The notes beneath the pieces were generated by a model, which saw nothing but the letters and a program-made list of their open reading frames with translations, did not search any database and had not been told where the DNA came from. 64,000 bases of DNA from Bacillota bacterium (lineage in GTDB: Bacteria; Bacillota; Clostridia; Christensenellales; CAG-138), in contig JBCFAY010000006.1 of assembly GCA_038562375.1 (NCBI GenBank), positions 31,658-95,657 of the forward strand, read 5' to 3'. Position numbers and translations under genes: made by a program. Positions 9,167 through 17,751 of this stretch are shown here, in pieces. How positions within the stretch are numbered: position 1 is the first letter of the stretch; every line of letters begins with the position of its first letter.

Positions 9167-10404
9167 GTATATTTTCAAACCTGTTCAGATCGCGGGACAA
9201 GCCAGTAAACCGTCTTCCGGGCAGCGACTACAGCTTCTTCTTCGGCAGAACGGCCAGCGGAAAAGCGGTCAATGAGCAAACCGCCATGCAGACGACGGCG
9301 GTATACGCCTGTGTCAGGATATTGGCTGAGGCGATTGCCGGGCTGCCGCTGCAAGTCTACCGGTATAAACCGGACGGCGGAAAGGAAAAGGCGCTGAATC
9401 ACCCCCTGTATTATTTGCTGCATACAGAGCCGAACCCTGAGATGACTTCATTTGTGTTCCGGGAAACACTGATGGGTCATCTTTTACTTTGGGGAAACGC
9501 CTACGCTCAGATTGTTCGGGACGGTTCGGGACGGGTGCTGGCGCTCTACCCGCTGCTGCCCGGCAAAATGACCGTGGACAGAACGGCGAGCGGCCAGCTT
9601 TTTTACGAGTACCGCATGGATACCGGTTCGGTTATCTTGCGCCCGGAAGACGTCCTGCATATCCCCGGACTCGGCTTCGATGGGCTTATCGGCTACTCGC
9701 CCATCGCCATGGCCAAGAACGCCATCGGCATGGCGATTGCCTGTGAGGAATATGGCGCGTCGTTCTTCGCTAACGGCGCGAACCCCGGCGGTGTACTTGA
9801 GCATCCCGGCGTCGTAAAAGACCCGAAGCGTGTGCGCGAAAGCTGGAACACCGTGTACCAGGGCAGTGCCAACGCTCACCGCATAGCTGTGCTGGAAGAA
9901 GGCATGAAGTTTCAGGCCATCGGCATCCCACCCGAGCAGGCGCAGTTTCTGGAGACGCGCAAGTTTCAGATCAATGAGATTGCCCGTATCTTCCGCGTAC
10001 CGCCGCACATGGTCGGCGACCTCGAGAAGTCGAGCTTTTCGAATATCGAGCAGCAGAGTCTGGAGTTTGTCAAATACACGCTCGACCCGTGGGTAGTGCG
10101 CTGGGAACAGGCCATTCAAAAGGCGCTCCTCCTGCCGTCCGAAAAAGCTGCGTTCTTTGCCAAGTTTAACGTGGATGGACTGCTGCGCGGCGACTACGCC
10201 AGCCGCATGACCGGATATTCCACCGGACGGCAGAACGGATGGCTTTCGGCCAACGACATCCGGGAACTGGAGGATATGAACCGGATATCGGCGGAAGACG
10301 GCGGCGACCTGTACCTGATCAATGGCAACATGACAAAGCTTGCGGACGCGGGCGCGTTTGCCAATAAGAATACTCAAAAGACGGAGGGAAAGAAAAATGC
10401 ATAG
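9163..10404 (+). CDS. Portal protein (HK97 family)
   Basis: 413 aa, immediately after TerL with a 4-nt overlap. 'LWGNAYAQIVRDGSGRVLALYPL' and 'NEIARIFRVPPHMVGD' are typical HK97-type portal motifs. Confidence 0.9.
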   Translation: MSIFSNLFRSRDKPVNRLPGSDYSFFFGRTASGKAVNEQTAMQTTAVYACVRILAEAIAGLPLQVYRYKPDGGKEKALNHPLYYLLHTEPNPEMTSFVFRETLMGHLLLWGNAYAQIVRDGSGRVLALYPLLPGKMTVDRTASGQLFYEYRMDTGSVILRPEDVLHIPGLGFDGLIGYSPIAMAKNAIGMAIACEEYGASFFANGANPGGVLEHPGVVKDPKRVRESWNTVYQGSANAHRIAVLEEGMKFQAIGIPPEQAQFLETRKFQINEIARIFRVPPHMVGDLEKSSFSNIEQQSLEFVKYTLDPWVVRWEQAIQKALLLPSEKAAFFAKFNVDGLLRGDYASRMTGYSTGRQNGWLSANDIRELEDMNRISAEDGGDLYLINGNMTKLADAGAFANKNTQKTEGKKNA

Positions 10405-11092
10405 GAAGTTCTGGAATTGGGTGCGTAATGAAGACGGTGCGCGGACGCTGTATCTCGACGGCGCAATCGCCGAGGAAAGCTGGCTCGGAGACGAGGTCAC
10501 GCCCAAGCAGTTTAAAACTGAGCTGACGTCTGGCGAGGGCGACATTACGATCTGGATCAACAGCCCCGGAGGCGACGTCTTTGCGGCAAGCCAGATTTAC
10601 AACATGCTCATGGATTACAAGGGCAACGTCACCGTAAAGATCGACGGCATCGCGGCGAGCGCCGCGTCGGTGATCGCGATGGCGGGCGGCGAAGTCCTCA
10701 TGTCGCCGGTGTCCATGCTCATGATCCATAACCCCATGACCATCGCCATCGGCGATACGGAGGAAATGGAGAAAGCCATCGCCATGCTGGCGGAGGTCAA
10801 GGAAAGCATCATCAACGCGTATGAGCTGAAGTCCGGGCTGTCCCGTGCGAGAATATCGCACCTGATGGACGCCGAAAGCTGGTTTAACGCGAAAAAGGCG
10901 GTGGAACTGGGGTTTGCGGACGATATTCTGTTTACCGGGGCAGCGCCGCCGGACACCGAGGTTACCGACGGCCTGATCTTCAGCCGTCAGGCGGTCACCA
11001 ACTCCATACTGCGAAAACTACCGCATAAAGAAAAGAACACAGGTACCCCGGTCGAGTCGCTTCAGAAGCGGCTTTTTTTATTGAAACCATAA
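10397..11092 (+). CDS. Prohead (head maturation) protease, ClpP/S14 family
   Basis: 'INSPGGDVFAASQIYNML...IDGIAASAASVIAMAGGEVLMSPVSMLMIHNP' shows the ClpP-type Ser/His context. ATG 10397 overlaps the portal end. Confidence 0.9.
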   Translation: MHRKFWNWVRNEDGARTLYLDGAIAEESWLGDEVTPKQFKTELTSGEGDITIWINSPGGDVFAASQIYNMLMDYKGNVTVKIDGIAASAASVIAMAGGEVLMSPVSMLMIHNPMTIAIGDTEEMEKAIAMLAEVKESIINAYELKSGLSRARISHLMDAESWFNAKKAVELGFADDILFTGAAPPDTEVTDGLIFSRQAVTNSILRKLPHKEKNTGTPVESLQKRLFLLKP

Positions 11093-11099
11093 GGAGGAA

Positions 11100-12311
11100 A
11101 TGAAAATGAATAAGACACTTGAACTGCGCGAGAAGCGCGCGAAAGCCTGGGAAGCCGCCAAGGCTTTTTTAGATTCCAAGCGCGGCAACGACGGCCTGCT
11201 TTCGGCTGAGGATACAGCCACTTACGAAAAGATGGAGACGGACGTAGTGGCTCTGGGCAAGGAAATCGACAGGTTGGAGCGTCAGGCCGCGCTCGATCTG
11301 GAAATGTCGAAGGCGACCAGCAATCCCATTACCAATACCCCTTCCAAGAACAACGAGGAAAAAACCGGGCGCGCCGCTTCCGAATACAAGCGGGCATTCT
11401 GGAATGCCATGCGCACCCGCGCCGGTGAAGGGCTTGACCCGGTTGTGAGAAACGCCCTGCAGATCGGCACCGACACCGAAGGCGGATACCTCGTGCCGGA
11501 CGAATTCGAACGTACCCTCGTGGACGCTCTTGAGGATGAGAATATTTTCCGCAAACTGGCCAAGGTCATCACGACCTCCTCCGGCGACCGCAAAATCCCT
11601 GTCGTGGCCTCCAAGGGTACGGCCGCGTGGATCGACGAGGAAGGCGCCGTTCCCGAGAGCGACGACAGCTTCGGCCAGGTTTCCATCGGGGCTTACAAGC
11701 TGGGCACCCTGATCAAGGTTTCCGAGGAGCTGCTGAATGACAGCGTGTTTAACCTTGAGACCTATATTGCCACCGAATTTGCCCGCCGTATCGGAAACAA
11801 GGAAGAAGAAGCCTTTTTCATTGGCGACGGCTCTGGCAAACCGACAGGTATACTCGCAGCAACCGGCGGCGCGCAGCTCGGCGTGACCACGGCAGGTGCG
11901 ACGGCGATTACGCTGGATGAGATTCTGGATCTGTTCTACAGCCTGAAAGCGCCCTACCGCAACAAGGCGGTATTCGTTATGAACGACGCTACGGTTAAGG
12001 CGATCCGCAAGCTGAAGGATAGCCAGGGCCAGTACCTCTGGCAGCCGTCCATTCAGGCGGGTACGCCTGACACCATCGTCAACCGTCCGCTGTACACCTC
12101 TGCATATGTACCGGCTGTTGAGGCGGCGGCGAAAACCATCGCGTTCGGAGATTTCAGCTACTACTGGGTGGCTGACCGACAGGGCCGGGTGTTCAAACGC
12201 CTGAACGAGCTGTACGCGGCAACTGGTCAGGTGGGGTTCATCGCCACCCAGCGCGTGGACGGCAAGTTGATCCTGCCCGAGGCTATCAAGGTGCTTCAGC
12301 AGAAGGCATAA
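11100..12311 (+). CDS. Major capsid protein, HK97 family
   Basis: 403 aa with an N-terminal coiled-coil delta domain, then 'GTDTEGGYLVPDEF'. Sits in the position after the protease. Confidence 0.9.
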   Translation: MKMNKTLELREKRAKAWEAAKAFLDSKRGNDGLLSAEDTATYEKMETDVVALGKEIDRLERQAALDLEMSKATSNPITNTPSKNNEEKTGRAASEYKRAFWNAMRTRAGEGLDPVVRNALQIGTDTEGGYLVPDEFERTLVDALEDENIFRKLAKVITTSSGDRKIPVVASKGTAAWIDEEGAVPESDDSFGQVSIGAYKLGTLIKVSEELLNDSVFNLETYIATEFARRIGNKEEEAFFIGDGSGKPTGILAATGGAQLGVTTAGATAITLDEILDLFYSLKAPYRNKAVFVMNDATVKAIRKLKDSQGQYLWQPSIQAGTPDTIVNRPLYTSAYVPAVEAAAKTIAFGDFSYYWVADRQGRVFKRLNELYAATGQVGFIATQRVDGKLILPEAIKVLQQKA

Positions 12312-12321
12312 CCGCAAGGAG

Positions 12322-12606
12322 GTGAGCGCGTTGTTCGTCACGCTTGAAAAAACAAAAGAATGGCTGAGAGTCGAGTCCAACGACGAGGACGCGCTCATCG
12401 AACGTTTCATCACAACGGCGGAGGATATCGTGGGCGGTATCCTCCGTTTTCCGCTGAGCGAGTTTGAGGAAGTTCCGGAAACCGTCGAACAGGCTGTCTG
12501 CTTTGCGGTATCCGTCATGTTCGAGCAGCGCGAGAGCCTGGATATCGTGGCGCTCATGGCTACCCTGCGCGGGATGATGTTCGCTTACCGAAAGGACGCG
12601 TGGTGA
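12322..12606 (+). CDS. Head-tail connector (gp6-like)
   Basis: 'LEKTKEWLRVESNDEDALIERFITTAEDIV' fits the gp6-like family pattern; position also fits. Confidence 0.75.
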   Translation: MSALFVTLEKTKEWLRVESNDEDALIERFITTAEDIVGGILRFPLSEFEEVPETVEQAVCFAVSVMFEQRESLDIVALMATLRGMMFAYRKDAW

Positions 12607-12607
12607 T

Positions 12608-12928
12608 ATGAAAATCGGATATTTGAAACATCGGATTGTGCTGCAGAAAAAGATGATAGCCGAGGATGTGCTGAAGCAGCAGACAGAAAACTGGACGGAC
12701 TTCGCGTACGTCTGGGCGAGCATTGAGCCGCTCTCGGGACGTGAGTATTTTACGGCACAGCAGATAAACTCGGAGGTTTCGGTCAGGATTACCATCCGCT
12801 ATCTGCCCGGTTTAACGGCAGAGGCCCGCGCGGTGTTCGACGGCAGGGTTTTTGAGGTGCTATCGGTCGTCAATCCCGAGGAACGATGCGAGTCGCTGAT
12901 CCTGATGTGCAGGGAGGCACCGGTATGA
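12608..12928 (+). CDS. Head closure / head-tail adaptor (HK97 gp9-like)
   Basis: 'LKHRIVLQKK...TENWTDFAYVWASIEPLSGREYF...RYLPGL' is the typical pattern. Confidence 0.75.
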   Translation: MKIGYLKHRIVLQKKMIAEDVLKQQTENWTDFAYVWASIEPLSGREYFTAQQINSEVSVRITIRYLPGLTAEARAVFDGRVFEVLSVVNPEERCESLILMCREAPV

Positions 12929-13305
12929 CGGATATCAACGGCCTCACGGATGCCATTATGGACGCCATGCTCGAGTACACCGGGGAGGTCGAGGAAGCCA
13001 TCCCCGAAATCGTGGACAGCACAGCTGATGTCATGGTTAAGGAGATACGGGCGGCGGCGCCCAAGCGTTCGGGCAAGTACGCCAAAGGCTGGACGGCCCG
13101 GCAGCTTGGCGAACGCACCCGCTCCAAAGAAGGGTACGCCAAGCTGGTCTGTAACCCGAAGCGGTATTCTATTGCCCATCTTGTGGAGTATGGCCACGCC
13201 AAAAGGAACGGCGGCAGGGTCGCGGGAAAACCGCACATCCGCCCAGCCTGCGATAAGCTGCTGCCGGAATTTGAAAAGAAGATCGAGGAGGCGGTGAAGC
13301 GATGA
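12925..13305 (+). CDS. HK97 gp10-like neck protein
   Basis: 'AAAPKRSGKYAKGW...HLVEYGHAKRNGGRVAGKPHIRPA' is the typical gp10 pattern. ATGA overlap with the upstream gene. Confidence 0.75.
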   Translation: MTDINGLTDAIMDAMLEYTGEVEEAIPEIVDSTADVMVKEIRAAAPKRSGKYAKGWTARQLGERTRSKEGYAKLVCNPKRYSIAHLVEYGHAKRNGGRVAGKPHIRPACDKLLPEFEKKIEEAVKR

Positions 13306-13619
13306 GCGCGTACCTTGCCCAATTGCTTACGGAGTCAGGGGTGCCGGTGGCGCGGAACGCGTTTCTGAAAACGCAGGCCCCGCCCTATATCGTCTACGTT
13401 TTCTCGCACTCGGATAACTTCGCAGCGGACTCGAAGGTGTACTTAAAACGGGACAACTACCAAATCGAACTGTACACCGAGAAAAAAGACATTGCACTTG
13501 AGGAAAAGCTCGAGGGCATTTTTGATGAACACGGCCTTGTGTACGACAAGACCGAAACCTACCTCGAGAGCGAAAAGCTCATCGAGGTCATATATGAAAT
13601 TCAGCTGATCGGAGGATAA
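13302..13619 (+). CDS. Tail terminator / neck-slot protein (unknown family)
   Basis: 105 aa, overlapping start, sitting between the gp10-like and tail tube genes. Confidence 0.5.
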   Translation: MSAYLAQLLTESGVPVARNAFLKTQAPPYIVYVFSHSDNFAADSKVYLKRDNYQIELYTEKKDIALEEKLEGIFDEHGLVYDKTETYLESEKLIEVIYEIQLIGG

Positions 13620-13623
13620 AACA

Positions 13624-14184
13624 ATGCCGGATAACAAAGTCAAGTTCGGGCTGAGAAACGCCCACTACGCAAAAGTCACCGAATCCGGGTACGCGGTGCC
13701 CACGCCGTTTCCGGGGCAGGTGTCGCTGACATTAAAGCCAAAGGGTGAACGTGCGGAATTCTATGCGGACGATGTCGCGTATTTTACCAAAGACGCCAAC
13801 CAGGGCTACGAGGGCGAGATGACCATTGCGGACATCCCGTCCTCTTTTCTGAAAGACTGCCTGGGGTTTACCCAAGACGACAACGGCGCGATATTTGAGC
13901 ACATGGACGCGGTTCAGACCCCGTTCGCGCTGATGTTTGAGGTGCAGGGCGACCTGCAGCCGAGACGGTTCGTTTTTTACGCATGCCTGGCTTCCCGGCC
14001 AAACGTAGACGCGAACACTGTCAAGGGCACAATCGAGCCGACGACGGACACCTTGTCTTTTGTGGCAACACCCCGGCAGCTTGACGGCATGGTCAAGGCT
14101 GTGCTGGTGAAAAACGCAACGAACGAAACGGCCTACGCCGGGTTCTATACCTCTGTATACGAATTCGCCGCCCCCACGCCGTAA
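13624..14184 (+). CDS. Major tail (tube) protein, phi13-like
   Basis: 186 aa in the position before the chaperone pair. 'KFGLRNAHYAKV' N-terminus as in phi13-family tube proteins (from memory). Confidence 0.7.
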   Translation: MPDNKVKFGLRNAHYAKVTESGYAVPTPFPGQVSLTLKPKGERAEFYADDVAYFTKDANQGYEGEMTIADIPSSFLKDCLGFTQDDNGAIFEHMDAVQTPFALMFEVQGDLQPRRFVFYACLASRPNVDANTVKGTIEPTTDTLSFVATPRQLDGMVKAVLVKNATNETAYAGFYTSVYEFAAPTP

Positions 14185-14198
14185 GGAGGAAGTGACAG

Positions 14199-14615
14199 AT
14201 GCAAAGAACAATACGGGTCAACGGGTCAGACCTGCCCTTAAAACCTTCTGCCAATTTTATGTTCTATTACCGCCATGCCCGGCTATCCGGAGAGGAAGCT
14301 CCGGACTTTCAGGCCGACCTCAAGCGGCTGGCGGACATGGAAAAACTGCAAAGCGAGCTTTCCGGCATCGACAGCACAAACGCGCTGGACGTGCTGCAAA
14401 AGACGAACATCTTTGAGTTTTCCGCCATCATCCGCAGGATGCTCTGGACGTTCGCCTACGCGGCCAATAAGAGTATCCTCCCATTCGAGGAGTGGTGCGA
14501 CGCGCTATTCGAGTACGATACGACTGAAGCCTCGAAAACGGTGATGGATCTGGTGAACGACAATTTTTTTCTTATGCTGGGCGTGGCGAAGCCCAGGGAG
14601 GTTCAAAGCAAATAG
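14199..14615 (+). CDS. Tail assembly chaperone (G-like, zero-frame product)
   Basis: 138 aa between the tube and tape measure genes. A slippery run lies near its 3' end. Confidence 0.75.
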   Translation: MQRTIRVNGSDLPLKPSANFMFYYRHARLSGEEAPDFQADLKRLADMEKLQSELSGIDSTNALDVLQKTNIFEFSAIIRRMLWTFAYAANKSILPFEEWCDALFEYDTTEASKTVMDLVNDNFFLMLGVAKPREVQSK

Positions 14616-14779
14616 ACTGGCGCGATGCGCTGTATTTAGGCAAGTCGGCGAGGCTCTCGTTTCATGAATTGGACGAGATGACCTTCTCCGACTTGCTTTC
14701 GTATGTGGGTTTTTTGACGGAAACCAAAAGCCCGACCAAAGACGCGACACAACTGGATATTGACCGACTGGCCATATAG
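14199..14779 (+). CDS. Tail assembly chaperone GT-like frameshift fusion product
   Basis: The -1 frame after 14570 reads '...SYAGRGEAQGGSKQIDWRDALYLGKSARLSFHELDEMTFSDLLSYVGFLTETKSPTKDATQLDIDRLAI*' with no stop. It ends 15 nt before the tape measure start. Confidence 0.65.
14564..14570 (+). promoter_or_regulatory. -1 programmed ribosomal frameshift slippery heptamer U_UUU_UUU
   Basis: Seven T's read aaT TTT TTT Ctt in the zero frame. The -1 frame is open from here to TAG 14777-14779. Confidence 0.7.
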
Positions 14780-14794
14780 AGAGGAGGGATTCAT

Positions 14795-17416
14795 TTGGCG
14801 GCAAGCATCAAGGGCATAACCATAGAAATCGGCGCGAACACGACGGGACTCGGCAAGGCGCTCGAGGACGTCAACAAAAAATCGCGCAGTCTTCAGAGCG
14901 AACTAAAACAAGTGGATTCCCTCCTCAAGCTCAATCCGGGTAACGCGGAACTCGTCGCCCAGAAGCAGGAACTGCTCGCCAACGCGGTAGCCAACGCGAA
15001 GGAAAAGCTGGAAACGCTCCGGGCAGCTCAGGCGCAGGTCGAGCAGCAGTTTGCAGGCGCCAAGATATCTGACGAACAGTACCGGGCGTTCACCCGTGAG
15101 GTCGCCAAGGCTGAAGGTGAGGTCAATAAGTTTGAGCAGGAACTTGGCCAGCTTGGTTCCGCTGCTGAGCAGACCGATGACAAGGTCGCTGACGTCGGAG
15201 ATAAGGCTCAGGCTGCCGGAAGAGATATGGACACGGCAGCTGAAAAGACTGGCAAGTTTTCGGGTGCCCTCTCTAACATCGCAGGCGGCATCGGGAAAGC
15301 CGCCGCAGCCGGGATTGTCGCGGTAGGCGCGGCCGCCGCGGCCGCCGGGACTGCCGTGGTTAAAATGACGCTGGACGCGGGCGAAGCAGCGGACGAGCTG
15401 ATTACGCTGTCCAATAAAACGGGCATCAGTACCAAAACGCTGCAGGAGATGGAGTACGCCGCTCGGTTTGTGGATGTTCCGCTTGAAACCATGACGGATT
15501 CTATGTTCAAACTCACCAAGAGCATGGACACCGCCAGAGGCGGTACGGGAGCACAGGCCGACGCGTTCAAAGCCCTCGGCGTATCAACCACTAACGCAGA
15601 CGGAAGTTTGAAAAACAGCAAGCAAGTTTGGCTTGACACTATCGACGCGCTGGGCAGGGTAACGAACGAAACCGAACGCGACGCGCTGGCCATGCAGCTT
15701 TTCGGGAAGAACGCCAAGGAGCTCAATCCCCTGATCGCTGCCGGGTCGGACGAATTGTCCCGGTTGGCAGACGAAGCGAACGAACTGGGTGTGGTACTGA
15801 GCGACGAAAGCGTCACTGCGCTCGGGGATTTCGACGACAAGATGCAGCGGCTTAAAGCAACGGGCACTGCGCTGACGCAGACTCTGGGAGCGGCGGTTGC
15901 ACCCGCCTTAGGAGTACTGGCAGATAATCTCCGCGTTGTCGCGACATCCGTATCAGAAGCGATTCAAACCGGCGACTGGAACAAGGTCGGTGACAGCGTG
16001 TCAGCCATGCTCACGGATATCGGAAGCCGTATTACCAATGCGCTGCCGCAGATTGCCGAGCAAGGCGCGAAAATCATCGGGAGTCTGGCCGCCACTGTTG
16101 TCGAAAGCCTGCCTCAGGTGCTGCCCGCGTTACTGTCCGCTGCACTGGAAATATTCCAAAGTATTATCAGTGCTGTTGCTGCGAACGGCCCGGCGCTGGC
16201 GGGAATGGTCGTAGACATGGTATCGCAACTCGCCGGGTTCATACTCAAAAACCTGCCGGTGGTGCTAGTGGCAGGCATCCAGATACTGATTGCGCTGATA
16301 CAGGGCATCGCACAGAGCATCCCACAGCTCATACCGGCAATTGTGACGGCAATCACGCAAATCATACAGACGGTAGTTACAAACCTGCCGTTGATTATAC
16401 AAGCCGGGCTGCAACTTCTGCTGGCTTTGATTCAGGGTATTGTTGATAACCTGCCAGCGTTAATAACCGCTATCGTCGGAATGATCCCCTTGGTCGTGCA
16501 GACCATACTGGAAAACCTGCCGCAGATTATTGAGGCGGGAATTCAGATGCTGCTGGCCATTATCAACGGCATTGTCACCGCCCTGCCCATGCTGATGCAA
16601 GCCATCGTAGACATGATTCCGATGGTAATAACGGCCATTGTGGAGAACCTGCCGCTGATCATTGAAGCGGGTATCCAGATGCTGGTATCCTTGATACTCG
16701 GTATTGTTGAAGCCCTTCCGCAACTGATCGATTGCATCATTGAGATGATACCGAAGATCGTCAAAGCTATTATGGACAACCTTCCCAAGATCATACAGGC
16801 GGGCATCAAGATTATTATCGCGGTTATCACGGGTATTGTCGAAGCGATCCCGCAACTGGTTAAGGGCATCATCGACATGATTCCACAGATTGTGAAGGCC
16901 ATCATCGACAACCTGCCGCTGATTATTGAGGCAGGTATTGAGATTGTCTGGGCACTGATCAAAGGAATCGGCGAGGCTGCCTGGAACCTGATCAAGTCTG
17001 CGGGTGAACTGGCGTGGAATTTCATCAAGGGTATATGGGAAGGCATCAAATCGGCAGCGGACTGGCTCTGGCAGAAGATATCCGGGTTCTTCAATGGAAT
17101 CGTGGACGGTGTTAAAAACTTGCTGGGGATTCACTCGCCCTCAATCGTGTTTGCGGGTATCGGCAAGAACATGGGTCTTGGACTCGCGGAAGGTATTACG
17201 GGAAGTGTATCTCTGGTCGACCGTGCGATGGACAGACTCAACGCCGCAGTCGACGGTGCGAAAGCAGATATCGCAATCGGCGGGCAATTTGCAGGCAACG
17301 CGCCTGCTACCGCCGGGAACAGCGTGACGCTGAATATTCAGACTGCTTCGCTTGACGAAGGCCAAATCGCCATGCTGGTCAATGTGGTCAATCGCAGGCT
17401 GGGCCTGGCGTATTAA
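14795..17416 (+). CDS. Tape measure protein
   Basis: 873 aa, TTG start after GAGGAGGG. N-terminal coiled coil, Ala/Gly-rich hydrophobic core, long helical repeats. Position is after G/GT. Confidence 0.9.
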   Translation: MAASIKGITIEIGANTTGLGKALEDVNKKSRSLQSELKQVDSLLKLNPGNAELVAQKQELLANAVANAKEKLETLRAAQAQVEQQFAGAKISDEQYRAFTREVAKAEGEVNKFEQELGQLGSAAEQTDDKVADVGDKAQAAGRDMDTAAEKTGKFSGALSNIAGGIGKAAAAGIVAVGAAAAAAGTAVVKMTLDAGEAADELITLSNKTGISTKTLQEMEYAARFVDVPLETMTDSMFKLTKSMDTARGGTGAQADAFKALGVSTTNADGSLKNSKQVWLDTIDALGRVTNETERDALAMQLFGKNAKELNPLIAAGSDELSRLADEANELGVVLSDESVTALGDFDDKMQRLKATGTALTQTLGAAVAPALGVLADNLRVVATSVSEAIQTGDWNKVGDSVSAMLTDIGSRITNALPQIAEQGAKIIGSLAATVVESLPQVLPALLSAALEIFQSIISAVAANGPALAGMVVDMVSQLAGFILKNLPVVLVAGIQILIALIQGIAQSIPQLIPAIVTAITQIIQTVVTNLPLIIQAGLQLLLALIQGIVDNLPALITAIVGMIPLVVQTILENLPQIIEAGIQMLLAIINGIVTALPMLMQAIVDMIPMVITAIVENLPLIIEAGIQMLVSLILGIVEALPQLIDCIIEMIPKIVKAIMDNLPKIIQAGIKIIIAVITGIVEAIPQLVKGIIDMIPQIVKAIIDNLPLIIEAGIEIVWALIKGIGEAAWNLIKSAGELAWNFIKGIWEGIKSAADWLWQKISGFFNGIVDGVKNLLGIHSPSIVFAGIGKNMGLGLAEGITGSVSLVDRAMDRLNAAVDGAKADIAIGGQFAGNAPATAGNSVTLNIQTASLDEGQIAMLVNVVNRRLGLAY
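16109..17044 (+). repeat. Seven in-frame tandem repeats (first 144 bp, then 132 bp = 44 aa) inside the tape measure gene
   Basis: Repeat starts 'CTGCC(G/T)...' (LPxxIxAGIQ...) at 16109, 16253, 16385, 16517, 16649, 16781 and 16913. Confidence 0.9.
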
Positions 17417-17429
17417 GGTAATAAAAAAA

Positions 17430-17458
17430 TTGAATAAGTGTAGTTGCAGCGATATAAT
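17430..17458 (+). promoter_or_regulatory. Sigma-70-type promoter of the tail-module moron
   Basis: TTGAAT, 17 nt, TATAAT, located 14 nt after the tape measure stop. Confidence 0.55.
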
Positions 17459-17494
17459 AATATCATCCAAAATTCTCTTATATCGGAGGCGCAT

Positions 17495-17589
17495 ATGAAA
17501 AAATATTTATGTATATATTAGTTTTGTTGCTTGTTCTGATCATCGCCAATCAGGCTTTTGCGTCATCTGAGTTCTCTCTGGTAAGATGA
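17495..17589 (+). pseudogene. Decayed signal-peptide mini-ORF (or tiny secreted peptide)
   Basis: GGAGG then ATG 17495 gives 'MKKYLCIY*'. Overlapping frame ATG 17509 gives 'MYILVLLLVLIIANQAFASSEFSLVR*'. Together they look like one frameshifted signal peptide. Confidence 0.35.
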
Positions 17590-17751
17590 TACCAGTACTT
17601 GCCACTCAAATTTCACGGAGCTTGGGACATGCTCTTGCTAAATAATCAAATATGCAAAACAGAACCGTGACATACACTTCATTTTTATAGGATGGAACTA
17701 GAAAGGGTAACCCCATAATATTCTAAATGCTGGTTTTTTCGGAGGTTCAGT

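Noticed and set aside
9484-12557. Very long minus-strand ORFs (358 aa at 9484-10560; 462 aa at 11169-12557) opposite the portal, protease and capsid genes
   Set aside because: These are mirror ORFs typical of GC-rich coding DNA. They are Arg/Ala/Gly-rich with no motifs and no SD, and the plus-strand genes have unmistakable phage family signatures.
16460-17134. Two overlapping minus-strand ORFs (224 and 183 aa) with their own internal periodicity
   Set aside because: They lie exactly over the 132-bp tape measure repeats. Their periodicity is just the reverse complement of those repeats.
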